This document shows, in pieces, positions 29,858 through 39,319 of a stretch of DNA of 64,000 nucleotides. Origin of the DNA: a virus. Its lineage: Duplodnaviria > Heunggongvirae > Uroviricota > Caudoviricetes. The notes beneath the pieces are model-generated. The model worked only from the letters and a program-made list of their open reading frames with translations. It made no database searches and was not told the DNA's origin. The stretch is from positions 1-64,000 of the IMG/VR virus record IMGVR_UViG_3300031087_000527; one strand, written 5' to 3'. The position numbers and the translations under genes were made by a program. Position 1 is the first letter of the stretch, and each line of letters starts with the position of its first letter.

Positions 29858-30118
29858 ATGGAAACAGTTGGTGTTATGTGTAAAAACTTTACTCTGTTTT
29901 TACTTGAAACCTTTGGTAGTTTTGGTGGTATTATTGTATTCATTATTTTTGGAACTGCTCTATTACTTGTATCTTTGGTGCTTTTATATTCATTATCGGT
30001 TTTAGAGAAGTATCTTTATATGGATAAAGAGATGCGCAGATATTCCATTCATTCAAAAAAAGTAGCAGTGAGGCATTTTTACCTAAGCCTTCGTTTTAAG
30101 CTTAAAGAGTTCTCCTGA
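29858..30118 (+). CDS. membrane protein, paralog of 29495-29722
   Basis: RBS GAGGAG. Confidence 0.7.
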   Translation: METVGVMCKNFTLFLLETFGSFGGIIVFIIFGTALLLVSLVLLYSLSVLEKYLYMDKEMRRYSIHSKKVAVRHFYLSLRFKLKEFS

Positions 30119-30247
30119 TAATTTAAAGCCGCCTCCGGGCGGTTTTTCTTTTTAAGAGGGGCATTTCAGAAAAATGTATTTAAGATTTTGATTGAATATC
30201 ATAGGCTAAACTATTAAAATAACAAAAATCTAAAAGGAAACTTTATT

Positions 30248-30991
30248 ATGAATTTAAACAGTGTTATTTACGTAGCAGCCAATAACAAAGAAGCTATTTA
30301 TTTTGATGGTAAACTATTTGTTGAAAAAGAGAGTTTCTCAGCAAAAGAGTTAAGCTGTGAACTGATGACGCTTTCGCCATTTGAGTTTTTCTCTTTGGTG
30401 ATTGACGAAGATATTGATGAAATGCCAAAATATTTTGATACGTTCAATGAAGATGTTAAAAATCCTTATAAGATTAATAAAGGCGATATGGTAACGTTTA
30501 CCACTCTGGATGGCGATCATGTTGTTTATGGTATCGGAAAAGTCATCGATGTTAAAAGAGATGAGCGAGGCTTTATTGAGGTTTATTCTCTCAAAGAGAA
30601 AAACACAGGAAAAACTTTTATTGTGGCTCCTCATGGCAAAGGAGATGCGAAAAAACTGTCAGATACTGTTATGCTTTCTCAGAACAATGAGAAGATTGAG
30701 TATGTTGATTTGAGTTTGACCGAAGATGTGTTTGAGCAGCGTAAAGCGTTGCTAGTGCCAAAAGTAGGTCAGTCTGTAAGTTTTGAGACTAAGAAAGGTG
30801 CTGGTGCTGGCGTAGTCAAAGAAGTCTCTGTAAGGCCATACTATGCTTCAGGCTGTGAGTTGTCTTACGGTTGTAAGATTCAGTCAGAAGATGGCTCATT
30901 AACAGAGGTTTGCTTTGGAAATAAGCGTTATCCTGAAGATAAAATCACCTGGAGTAATGCTCCAGTATTCCTGAGCCAAGACAAGATTTAA
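30248..30991 (+). CDS. hypothetical protein (two SH3/KOW-like beta segments)
   Basis: KGDMVTF..G.G.V and KVGQSVSF..G.G.V repeats. Confidence 0.7.
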   Translation: MNLNSVIYVAANNKEAIYFDGKLFVEKESFSAKELSCELMTLSPFEFFSLVIDEDIDEMPKYFDTFNEDVKNPYKINKGDMVTFTTLDGDHVVYGIGKVIDVKRDERGFIEVYSLKEKNTGKTFIVAPHGKGDAKKLSDTVMLSQNNEKIEYVDLSLTEDVFEQRKALLVPKVGQSVSFETKKGAGAGVVKEVSVRPYYASGCELSYGCKIQSEDGSLTEVCFGNKRYPEDKITWSNAPVFLSQDKI

Positions 30992-31110
30992 TAATAAAAA
31001 GCCGCCTCCGGGCGGTTTTTGTTTGTAAAGCGTCTTGATTGTATTGTCATTAAATAGTATAATGTTGCTATCAAGCCAATAATTGGTTGGCCTCTAAATA
31101 GGAAAACACT

Positions 31111-31308
31111 ATGAGCGTTGAGTTTACTAATATGACATACGAGAGCCAGTCTGGAGCGGTAGCAGGTAAGGTTCAGACGACGGCTAAAGGTGCTGATATT
31201 TTTATTCGTAGTCAGGAAGATGCGCGTTTGGATTGGGAACTTCATAGCAGTCATGAAAATGAGAGTGATGCCCGTGAGCTGTTAGGAGAACTTTTAGAGT
31301 ATTGTTAA
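31111..31308 (+). CDS. hypothetical protein
   Basis: Own module. Confidence 0.7.
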   Translation: MSVEFTNMTYESQSGAVAGKVQTTAKGADIFIRSQEDARLDWELHSSHENESDARELLGELLEYC

Positions 31309-31411
31309 TAAGCCGCCTCCGGGCGGTTTTTTATCGAATGAAGAAAATAAGTGTTGCTATGTATTGTCTTTAAAGGCTATACTGTTTGTCTTAACAGGGC
31401 TGGAGATTATC

Positions 31412-31933
31412 ATGTTTAGCAAAATACTGAGAAAGTTTGGATTTGTTCACGAATCAGAGATTCCGGTATTGCTTGAGAAAAATCAGGCGGCTAAAGATGA
31501 GAAGCGTCTCTATGATGAACTGGCTTTTAACAATCGTGTTTTTGTTGGGATGCCTGTCATTGGTGTAAACAACTATGAGAATGCGATAGAGATTGCTATT
31601 ATTCATCGTTTTGAGGTTATCGAAATGTTGAATAGTAAGAAGATCGTGCCTGTGATGAAGCTATACTATTCTAACCGGACAGATAGTTTTCACAAAGATA
31701 AAGACAACTGCGTGCTGAGTCAATATGTAGCTTTCTCTAAGCAGCGTCTGAGAGCATATTTAAAGATGGATGGTTGCGAGAGAACGGCGATGCTGATTAA
31801 GAGCTATCAGTTAAGCACAGAAGATATTGATGAGTTAGCAGTGCTGGCTCCTTATCAACCGAAAGCTGAAGAAGTGCTAAAAGCACTGGAAAAGACAACG
31901 TTCTTTGATGACTGTAAGGCATATGACATTTAA
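31412..31933 (+). CDS. hypothetical protein
   Basis: RBS GGAG. Confidence 0.75.
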   Translation: MFSKILRKFGFVHESEIPVLLEKNQAAKDEKRLYDELAFNNRVFVGMPVIGVNNYENAIEIAIIHRFEVIEMLNSKKIVPVMKLYYSNRTDSFHKDKDNCVLSQYVAFSKQRLRAYLKMDGCERTAMLIKSYQLSTEDIDELAVLAPYQPKAEEVLKALEKTTFFDDCKAYDI

Positions 31934-31976
31934 CTGCATTGCTTAGTGTGATGCTGAATAACTAAGGAGATTTCCT

Positions 31977-32402
31977 ATGACTCAAGGCAAATATTCACCA
32001 ACGGTAGGTAAGTCATATAAGAAAAACCAGAAATGGTTTGAAACTTATCATGATGAAAAAAGTTTTGGTATGACTGACAAGGAAGGTTATGATTCATATG
32101 GTTATGATGAAGATGGTCTTGATCGCGAAGGTAATCAGGAGGATGATTATTGGTATAATGACGCGCTTTATGAACAAGTGTCTGATAAATGGGCGGCTAT
32201 TCCGGTAATCGGATCGCCAGAGTATCTGGTGTATCTGAAAGAAGATGGTGTGCGCAAGACTACGGCAGCGTTAATCAGCGAGAATGCACATAAGGTGCCG
32301 GAAATGCTGAAAGTGCTGAAGCAGGTAGCCACAACCTTTGAAGGCAAAACAGAGTCAGAGAAAGCCTTGCTGGAAAGCGTTCGGGCGCTGCTGGCTAAAT
32401 AA
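31977..32402 (+). CDS. hypothetical protein with G(Y/L)DxxG repeats
   Basis: DKEGYDSYGYDEDGLDREG. Confidence 0.75.
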   Translation: MTQGKYSPTVGKSYKKNQKWFETYHDEKSFGMTDKEGYDSYGYDEDGLDREGNQEDDYWYNDALYEQVSDKWAAIPVIGSPEYLVYLKEDGVRKTTAALISENAHKVPEMLKVLKQVATTFEGKTESEKALLESVRALLAK

Positions 32403-32453
32403 TAGGGGCCGCCTGCGGGTGGCTTTTTTATTGTCAATAAAATAAGGTAATAT

Positions 32454-32642
32454 ATGAAAGTAGAAATCAAAAAATTATCAAATGATGAAACACTAAAAGA
32501 AATGAATGTTAATGCGACATTTATTGCGCCTCGCATTAACGAGTGTGTTAAATGTGAAGGTGATGAAAAATTGTATAAAGTCATATCAGTAGTGCATATT
32601 TATGGCAAAGATGATATTGTTATGATTATTTGGGTAGTCTAG
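32454..32642 (+). CDS. hypothetical protein
   Basis: RBS AAGGT. Confidence 0.6.
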   Translation: MKVEIKKLSNDETLKEMNVNATFIAPRINECVKCEGDEKLYKVISVVHIYGKDDIVMIIWVV

Positions 32643-32777
32643 TTAAGATATTGATTTATATCGTTTGTTTTCTATTTAAACTGTGACAAAGGTCGCTTTC
32701 TCGGATAAGTCTTAGTTGTATACTGTATTTATTGAAGCAGAGCAGTAAAACACTAACTCACACTTTCCGAGGTTAAC

Positions 32778-32918
32778 ATGACAAACACTACTGTAAACAC
32801 TAAAAAAGCTCAGGATTTTCTGAATAGCCTGATTTACAATACTGCAGCGATTCGTTCACAGGTTGAAACGCGCATGGCTAACGGTGGCAAATCTCAGCCA
32901 CTGCCTAAAGCGGCATAA
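32778..32918 (+). CDS. 46-aa small protein (not in ORF track), ends PKAA
   Basis: RBS GAGGT after promoter; terminator follows. Confidence 0.75.
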   Translation: MTNTTVNTKKAQDFLNSLIYNTAAIRSQVETRMANGGKSQPLPKAA

Positions 32919-33045
32919 GATACACGAATTGAAAAAGGAGGCTTCGGCCTCTTTTTTGTTTTGAAGAGTCATATCAGTAAAAAGTGTTTGCTTTTCTTTT
33001 TGTATTGTCATAAAATAGCTTTATTGAAATCAAGAGGAAAGAATA

Positions 33046-33315
33046 ATGACTAAGCCACTGTTTGAACGTTTACTGAATGAAGCCATTGTTAAGGTTGAAG
33101 CAGGTGAGGACGTGATTGATGTCGCTTATGAAGTGGTAAACTTCACTGATCGTCTGCCGGAAGTTGAAGCGTTTCTGGCTGAAGATGCGACTCTGGCAGA
33201 GCGTGTGGGTGGTGAAGGACATAACGATATTGTTTACCCTGATGATGCCTCTGAGTCGGACGTGGTTATCACCAATCTTCAGGAACGTCTGATTGCGTAT
33301 TTTGACGAAAACTGA
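33046..33315 (+). CDS. acidic protein, possible Ocr-like DNA mimic
   Basis: Highly acidic; EDATL..LQERL; distant paralog of 8859. Confidence 0.5.
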   Translation: MTKPLFERLLNEAIVKVEAGEDVIDVAYEVVNFTDRLPEVEAFLAEDATLAERVGGEGHNDIVYPDDASESDVVITNLQERLIAYFDEN

Positions 33316-33394
33316 TTATTAATAAAAAGACGAGCCACTTAACTGTGGCTTTTGTTGTTTAAGAGAGTTTATTCAAGAAAGATTAAGGAATAAG

Positions 33395-33913
33395 ATGAAC
33401 TATTTCATGTTAGGAAAAGTGCGCGAAAGTGGTATTGATGCGGTGAATGCTGCGGGGCAGCGGCGTTGGTTCTATGATTTAGCAGAGAGAAACCATTTGT
33501 ATTCATGTTGGTTTGATGATAATGCGCGTCATTGTCTGCCAGAAGCGCTGGGAAATAATTTTATTCTGATGAAGTTCTTTTTCTTTGACATTATGCGTCA
33601 TGCTGAGGAAGCGAAGAAGTCGCGGGTAGATTTTGGTGAGCATTTCTCAAAAAACATTCGAGAGTCTACCTTTATTCGTTATGATAGTGTTAAACGTGAG
33701 ATTCTGGTTAGTGGTAGCCAGACATACAGCCGTCGCACTGATGGAAAGCCGCGCTATTTCCCTGCGGTAGCGATTGCTCGTCGTGTTAAGTGGTTCCTGT
33801 CAAACAGTCCCTTTGTGGAAAGTTTTAAAGAGGTGAATTATCAGAGTGGTATGTGTTCTCGCTTTGAGATCGTATTTAAAGCGCAGGCTGAGCCTGTATC
33901 GAAATCGGCATAA
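33395..33913 (+). CDS. hypothetical protein
   Basis: RBS AAGGA. Confidence 0.75.
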   Translation: MNYFMLGKVRESGIDAVNAAGQRRWFYDLAERNHLYSCWFDDNARHCLPEALGNNFILMKFFFFDIMRHAEEAKKSRVDFGEHFSKNIRESTFIRYDSVKREILVSGSQTYSRRTDGKPRYFPAVAIARRVKWFLSNSPFVESFKEVNYQSGMCSRFEIVFKAQAEPVSKSA

Positions 33914-33926
33914 GTAGAGAGGTTTT

Positions 33927-34478
33927 ATGAAAATAGATTGGAAAGCAATGACTCTTCAGATAGATAAAAATCTGGCAAGTTTGCCGGATGAAAATACGCT
34001 GGAGAAAAGTTTGGCTAAGTTTATGAATAAGATTGACGAGCGACTGCAGGATCATGCTGAAGGTAAAGATGTGCTTGATATTGGTATGAGTTTTGAGACA
34101 CTGGAAGCGCTGGTAGATAAAGATGGTGTAGAAACAGGCAAGCGTGTGCTTGATGAGACACAGACATACTATTTTCTTGATGCTAACGGTATGCCATGCC
34201 TGAGCGGTAAAGTTGTTTCTGACTTATTTTATCAGTATTATGAAGAAATGATAGGCAACAGTAATAATGCGGAAAAATATAAGGATATCAATCCTGAAAA
34301 TCTGTTATTTAAAGTAACTTTCCATGAAGAAGGTGCTTCGGGAGGTTTGTTGCGGCGCTTACTGGTGAAATCAACCAATACTATTTATATAGCGTCATTT
34401 GAGTCTTTTAAGGAGTCATTTGATAGCTTAACTGGTGTTATGGAAGATGTTAAAGTAATGGAAAGTGTTGAAGCATAA
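33927..34478 (+). CDS. hypothetical protein
   Basis: RBS GAGGT. Confidence 0.75.
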   Translation: MKIDWKAMTLQIDKNLASLPDENTLEKSLAKFMNKIDERLQDHAEGKDVLDIGMSFETLEALVDKDGVETGKRVLDETQTYYFLDANGMPCLSGKVVSDLFYQYYEEMIGNSNNAEKYKDINPENLLFKVTFHEEGASGGLLRRLLVKSTNTIYIASFESFKESFDSLTGVMEDVKVMESVEA

Positions 34479-34502
34479 AAGCAAGTGTAAATAATAACAA
34501 AG

Positions 34503-35270
34503 ATGAGGTATAATATGCTTAAAAGTCCAAAAGAAGCATTTAAGGATGTGATAGAACACATGGAAGCCAATAAAGGTAATATCAGGGGCTTACGTTTATA
34601 CGCTTTCAGCAAAAATGCAGGCTCTGATGATTTGTTGTTGACTGACAGAGGCGATGCGCTGTCAAAAAAACGAGGAGAGATAGAACAAGCTGAAGTTATT
34701 GAACTGCTTGAACAATATACTCAATACATCAAATATAATGATTCTCCAGAAACGAACGGTTCGAATACTATTGGCCTTGAGATTATATTAAAAGATGAGG
34801 TTGACGAAAGTGAGACGTCTATATCATCTTTTAGGTCTAACGTTGCTGAAGAACGTTTTTTATGCGATATAAATAACACAGATGCGCTTAAAGACGCCGT
34901 TGAATACATTGAAAGCAATAAAGATAATGTAAAAGGTTTGCGCTTTTGCGCATTCAAGAAAAGTGCTAATTCTGATGGTTTATTAATGAATGATAGAGGT
35001 GACGTTTTATCTAAAAAAGGCGGGCCGATAGAGCGGGAAGATGTTATTGCTTTAGTTGAGGACTATACTCAATATATACAAAACCACAATGATCCTGAAA
35101 TCAAGGATTCAGACGTTATTGGATTATATTTTGTATTAAAAAGTGATGAAGCTGAAGCTGCTCCTTCACCTCTTGATATTAGTTCTCTTGAGGTTAAAGC
35201 GCCAGAAATGCAGTTTCTATGCGATTTGAACGAAACAGAGGCGTTCTGCAGAGATAGTAAAGTCGTATAA
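34503..35270 (+). CDS. protein with internal tandem duplication
   Basis: Two ~125-aa repeats (E.NK.N..GLR..AF.K.A.SD.LL..DRGD.LSKK). Confidence 0.8.
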   Translation: MRYNMLKSPKEAFKDVIEHMEANKGNIRGLRLYAFSKNAGSDDLLLTDRGDALSKKRGEIEQAEVIELLEQYTQYIKYNDSPETNGSNTIGLEIILKDEVDESETSISSFRSNVAEERFLCDINNTDALKDAVEYIESNKDNVKGLRFCAFKKSANSDGLLMNDRGDVLSKKGGPIEREDVIALVEDYTQYIQNHNDPEIKDSDVIGLYFVLKSDEAEAAPSPLDISSLEVKAPEMQFLCDLNETEAFCRDSKVV

Positions 35271-35367
35271 AAAGTAGTTGTGCTCAACGGCATTCCTTTG
35301 CTATAATAGCCCTGTTGATGAGTAGCGGGGCTTTCCCATTTATAAGGCTGAAGAAGAGGATACAACT

Positions 35368-35619
35368 ATGATGAATAAAGAGATTTTTGTTGAGAAGCAG
35401 GCTTCACTGGCGGCGCAGGAGCTGAGCTTTGAGCCGGGTGAGATCTCTTTTAACAAAGACGATATTGGTCCGCGTTCAGTCATTTGCGTAGGTAATGACT
35501 ATCTGGTTGTAGAAGAAGTCGCAGGCGAAAAGGTTCGCTGTATTGATCTGCTTGATGATGGTTTCCGTGTAGTGAAACTGTCTGATGATATCGCCGTTAT
35601 CGGCTCACTGATTGTTTAA
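35368..35619 (+). CDS. hypothetical protein
   Basis: RBS GAGGA. Confidence 0.7.
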   Translation: MMNKEIFVEKQASLAAQELSFEPGEISFNKDDIGPRSVICVGNDYLVVEEVAGEKVRCIDLLDDGFRVVKLSDDIAVIGSLIV

Positions 35620-35633
35620 ATAAAGGCGCTATT

Positions 35634-35864
35634 ATGACTCGAATGGTTTGTGGTGGTGGAGTTGATGTTTACGCTTCAGGATCTAAGATTCCCTCTTCTG
35701 TAAACGAAGATGATAGTATTCAAAAGAAAGTGCTGAAGCTGCCACGCGGTGTTAATGTGGGTCGAGTGATCGGTTCTGATGGTCAAATGATGTATTGGAT
35801 TGACGAGAAGACGTTAGCGCAACGGCTGGATGCTGCTGGGATTGCGTGGGAATTTGAAGGCTAA
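35634..35864 (+). CDS. hypothetical protein
   Basis: Operon ORF. Confidence 0.65.
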   Translation: MTRMVCGGGVDVYASGSKIPSSVNEDDSIQKKVLKLPRGVNVGRVIGSDGQMMYWIDEKTLAQRLDAAGIAWEFEG

Positions 35865-35911
35865 CTAACAGAAAGGGCTGCTGGTGCGGCCCTCTTTCAT
35901 ACAGGTGAGAT

Positions 35912-36172
35912 ATGGATAACAGAAATAGCGAAGTTTATCTGAAATATTTATCTTATGATGGTGCAGAGCGCACTATGAATATATCAGGCTATAGCTTTGA
36001 AGGTGAGCCTACCATTACGGATTTTGGCATTAAAAAAGTGCCTGAAGGTCGGATCAGAGTGTTAAAGTGTAAGTGTGGTTCTAATAACTGGACGGATAAT
36101 GGGCGCTTCATCAATGAGTATGAATGCGGTAGCTGTGGACAGTTTATTGAAGCATACGAGAAGCAATCTTGA
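35912..36172 (+). CDS. zinc-ribbon protein, tandem paralog
   Basis: CxCG.NNW...YECxxCG. Confidence 0.75.
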   Translation: MDNRNSEVYLKYLSYDGAERTMNISGYSFEGEPTITDFGIKKVPEGRIRVLKCKCGSNNWTDNGRFINEYECGSCGQFIEAYEKQS

Positions 36173-36450
36173 TGAAGACGACAGAGATGCATTTCAAATA
36201 TCTTTCGGTTGCCTGTGGTAAGCATTCAAATCGCATCGAGCGTCCGCGCTTTATCAAAATGAATGCCTATGTATTTGACCAACAGCCAGAAGTATCTGAT
36301 TTCGGTGAAGCTGAGGTGTCTCCAGGAAAAGTGCGTGTGCTTGCCTGCCTGTGTGGTGCGAATAACTGGACTGAGAACGGTCGTTTTATGCATGAGTATG
36401 AATGCTATAGCTGTGGGAAGTTTATTAAAGTTTATGGCGAAATTGTTTGA
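36169..36450 (+). CDS. zinc-ribbon protein, tandem paralog
   Basis: CLCGANNW...YECYSCG. Confidence 0.75.
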   Translation: MMKTTEMHFKYLSVACGKHSNRIERPRFIKMNAYVFDQQPEVSDFGEAEVSPGKVRVLACLCGANNWTENGRFMHEYECYSCGKFIKVYGEIV

Positions 36451-36514
36451 CGCTGATCTGACTTGCTGATATTATGACAACAATTAAACTAAACAAGTAA
36501 GAGACAATAAATAA

Positions 36515-36652
36515 ATGAATGAAGTGATCACTCTGAGTCCTGTTGCTTTTGGTATGTTATGTTTCTCAGCGGGTGGTGGATTGGTGGCTATGTTTGTAGC
36601 TCTGGTTCAGTATCTCAACAAAGATATTGGTAAAAGAGGTTCGCGTGAATAA
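36515..36652 (+). CDS. 45-aa single-TM protein (not in ORF track)
   Basis: MNEVITLSPVAFGMLCFSAGGGLVAMFVALVQYL... Confidence 0.55.
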   Translation: MNEVITLSPVAFGMLCFSAGGGLVAMFVALVQYLNKDIGKRGSRE

Positions 36653-36851
36653 GAACGAAAAGCGAGTATTAAGCGTTGATGAGATTAACGAGATTCGTGA
36701 TAAAATGACTCGCAATCATTTCATTGATCGCTCGCTGGTTAAAGACTGGACTGAGTTTTTGATTGCCGCCTTAAGCGTAGGCGTGTCGGAGTTTGACATC
36801 GATCAGTTCGCGTTGAGTGATGATGATTTCGACACGAAATACCCGGATTAA
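36645..36851 (+). CDS. hypothetical protein
   Basis: RBS GAGGT, GTG start. Confidence 0.65.
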   Translation: MNKNEKRVLSVDEINEIRDKMTRNHFIDRSLVKDWTEFLIAALSVGVSEFDIDQFALSDDDFDTKYPD

Positions 36852-36945
36852 AAAGCCGCCTTCGGGCGGTTTTTTATTATAAAAAGCTTGTGCCATCCTC
36901 TGTGTTGTCATATAATAGCTTTATTGAAACGAGAGGAAAAACATC

Positions 36946-37365
36946 ATGGCTTTTGAGTTCAAAGGTGTCGCAAACATGTTCGAAGGTGGCTTTGCTGAGG
37001 CAGAGAAGAATGCGGTTGCTGATGCGTTGATTCAGAAAATGATGGGCAAATATGAGATGATTGGCTCTGGTCGTTGCCGTATGGCGTTTAAGCTGAGAAG
37101 TGGCAACTACGTGGTTAAAGTGCCGTTAAGTGAAAACGGTGAAGATGATAACTGCGTAGAGTCGAGCAAACAGGATTTTGGTCATCCTGTGGCTAAAACT
37201 CGCATGGTTATGATCGATGGCTTATACTGTGCTGTTATGGAATATGTTGAGCACTATGAAGGTTTAAAGGAAGATACACCAGAATGGACTGATTTTGTTG
37301 ACTGTGGTCAGTTTGGATATACCCGAAAAGGTGAACTGGTAGCTTACGACTTTGGTTTTTATTGA
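36946..37365 (+). CDS. miniature protein-kinase-like protein
   Basis: IGSG Gly loop, VVK, MEYV hinge, D..QFG, DFG. Confidence 0.65.
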   Translation: MAFEFKGVANMFEGGFAEAEKNAVADALIQKMMGKYEMIGSGRCRMAFKLRSGNYVVKVPLSENGEDDNCVESSKQDFGHPVAKTRMVMIDGLYCAVMEYVEHYEGLKEDTPEWTDFVDCGQFGYTRKGELVAYDFGFY

Positions 37366-37430
37366 TTTGTGGTTGTACTTAAGTCGGCATCAGGATATAA
37401 TAAGTATCTGTTTTGAATGAGGTGTTTAAC

Positions 37431-37883
37431 ATGGCAAAGTTTCTTGGTATTCCTGAAAAAATCAAAATCGACACATCACTTTTCTCTGATGAGGTAAAGG
37501 AAGTGCTATCTCGTGTTTTGGATGAAGAAGGTTATATCTATACTGAAAAACCTGTTGGCATCTCAGGAAATGATGAATATGTAAGAAGAATCCTTGCTTT
37601 TCATTTAACCAGCAGAGCCAAAATACTACCAAGTTTAGAGCATCTCTGCGCAAATATTGATGCCTATGATGAAGAAGGCAACTGGTCTAAGATGCTGGAG
37701 CGTAAGTGTATTCGTCGTCTTGATAGCTATATTCAGGCAGTGCTTGATGTGATGCCGCCAGAGTTGCGGTGGTCTAATCGCAGAGAAGTTCATGAGCAAA
37801 GAGAGCTGATTGCGACTTATTGTGAAGAAGATTACCAGTTGGATGATGATATTGAGTTAGAGACAGGTTTAAAGCTGAGCTAA
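37431..37883 (+). CDS. hypothetical protein
   Basis: RBS GAGGTG. Confidence 0.75.
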   Translation: MAKFLGIPEKIKIDTSLFSDEVKEVLSRVLDEEGYIYTEKPVGISGNDEYVRRILAFHLTSRAKILPSLEHLCANIDAYDEEGNWSKMLERKCIRRLDSYIQAVLDVMPPELRWSNRREVHEQRELIATYCEEDYQLDDDIELETGLKLS

Positions 37884-37952
37884 GACATAAAAGACGGAAT
37901 CTCAAGGTGATATGGGATTCCTTTAAAGAGAGTTCTTACAAAAGAGGTTTTA

Positions 37953-38372
37953 ATGAAACTGAATATTTCGATTAGTTCTGATATGCTGCTGTTTTTTGCT
38001 GCTGCGCTGCTTTGTTTAAACGGTATCTTTTTCAAGGTTGAGTTTATCCAGTCATGTCTGCATGTATTTATGTGGCTGATGCTGGCTGAGCGTCTGGTCA
38101 GTCTGGTCAGGAAATCACGGGGAGAAGTATTCAAGAAAAACAAAGACATTAAAGGTCAAACTTTTGAGTTCTCTGCGGAATGTCACGATTATTCAGATAA
38201 ACTGTCCCGCCAGCAGGTCTTTTCTATTGCTGCTGCCTATATTGTTCTGGCGATCACGGTAAACTCGCGGCTTGATTGGTCATGGATGGGGCTTGTTCTG
38301 CTGACGGTAGGTATCGGAACGCTGTATGATGCCTTAACTTACAATAAAGACAAAGCAAGTCCTGCGGTATAA
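37953..38372 (+). CDS. membrane protein
   Basis: 4 hydrophobic segments. Confidence 0.75.
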   Translation: MKLNISISSDMLLFFAAALLCLNGIFFKVEFIQSCLHVFMWLMLAERLVSLVRKSRGEVFKKNKDIKGQTFEFSAECHDYSDKLSRQQVFSIAAAYIVLAITVNSRLDWSWMGLVLLTVGIGTLYDALTYNKDKASPAV

Positions 38373-38459
38373 AAATAAAGAGCCACCTTCGGGTGGTTTT
38401 TTGTTGTTATTAAAAAGTCAACGTGGTAATATATTGTCATTAAGTAAAGAGGATTATTT

Positions 38460-38684
38460 ATGTTATCACTTTTTTTGGATTTATCAGATTGGGATGTAGC
38501 CGAGGCTCTGCATGAGCGCCAGGTTGATTTTGATGTTGAAGAAAATCCTGAGATGCCTGGATTTTTCATTGGACATATCAACTGCCGTGAGATCTCAGAT
38601 TGCTTTGTGTCAGAAGGTGAAGCTCATCGGGCAATTCTGGCTGAAGTTGTGGGACACCTGCAGTATTTTGAAAATGTAGAATAA
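38460..38684 (+). CDS. acidic protein, paralog of 43012-43227
   Basis: LF.DL...F..E..A(H/Y)R.ILAEV. Confidence 0.75.
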   Translation: MLSLFLDLSDWDVAEALHERQVDFDVEENPEMPGFFIGHINCREISDCFVSEGEAHRAILAEVVGHLQYFENVE

Positions 38685-38697
38685 CTGAGGATATTAT

Positions 38698-39225
38698 ATG
38701 ATTACTATGATTATATTGGTTGGTATGGTGATAATGTATAAAGTTATCTCTTATTTTCATAAAATAAAAAAAGCCAAGGCGCAAATGAGAGCCTCTTTTA
38801 TAAAAAATCATTTTACAGAGTTAATGAATATTGGCTTCGAATATAAGAAGCTGGCAAAATCTTTTGGAAAAACTGAAAGTGTTGCGCTTAATGATCAAGA
38901 CCTGAAAGTGATTGGTGATGTGTTAAATGTAAAGCCTTTTCAAACAATGCCGGATTTTATTGGAATGACGCTTTATCCCAAACATATGAATATGGAAAAT
39001 ACCAATGTTCATCATATGGTTATGAGGCTGTATAAAAGGAAATATATGACTGCACTAGGAGAAAAAGAGTTTTTCTCGATTGTGGTTGAGTTTCATAGCG
39101 GAGGCTATGATTGGGATGGAGAGGTGATGCGATATCCTAACTTTATGGGCTTTCGTCGAATCGATGTGGTCAGGGATAACTTCGAGGCGGAATGGTCTAA
39201 TCTCAAGGCTGAGTTTTGCGCTTAA
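38698..39225 (+). CDS. N-terminally anchored membrane protein
   Basis: N-terminal TM. Confidence 0.75.
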   Translation: MITMIILVGMVIMYKVISYFHKIKKAKAQMRASFIKNHFTELMNIGFEYKKLAKSFGKTESVALNDQDLKVIGDVLNVKPFQTMPDFIGMTLYPKHMNMENTNVHHMVMRLYKRKYMTALGEKEFFSIVVEFHSGGYDWDGEVMRYPNFMGFRRIDVVRDNFEAEWSNLKAEFCA

Positions 39226-39319
39226 GACAGGTTTTGACGTAAAACAATGCTTGCCGATGTTGTCATTAACTGATATACTGTCTTTATTGAAACGAAATCA
39301 ACTTTAATGAGGCAGCATA

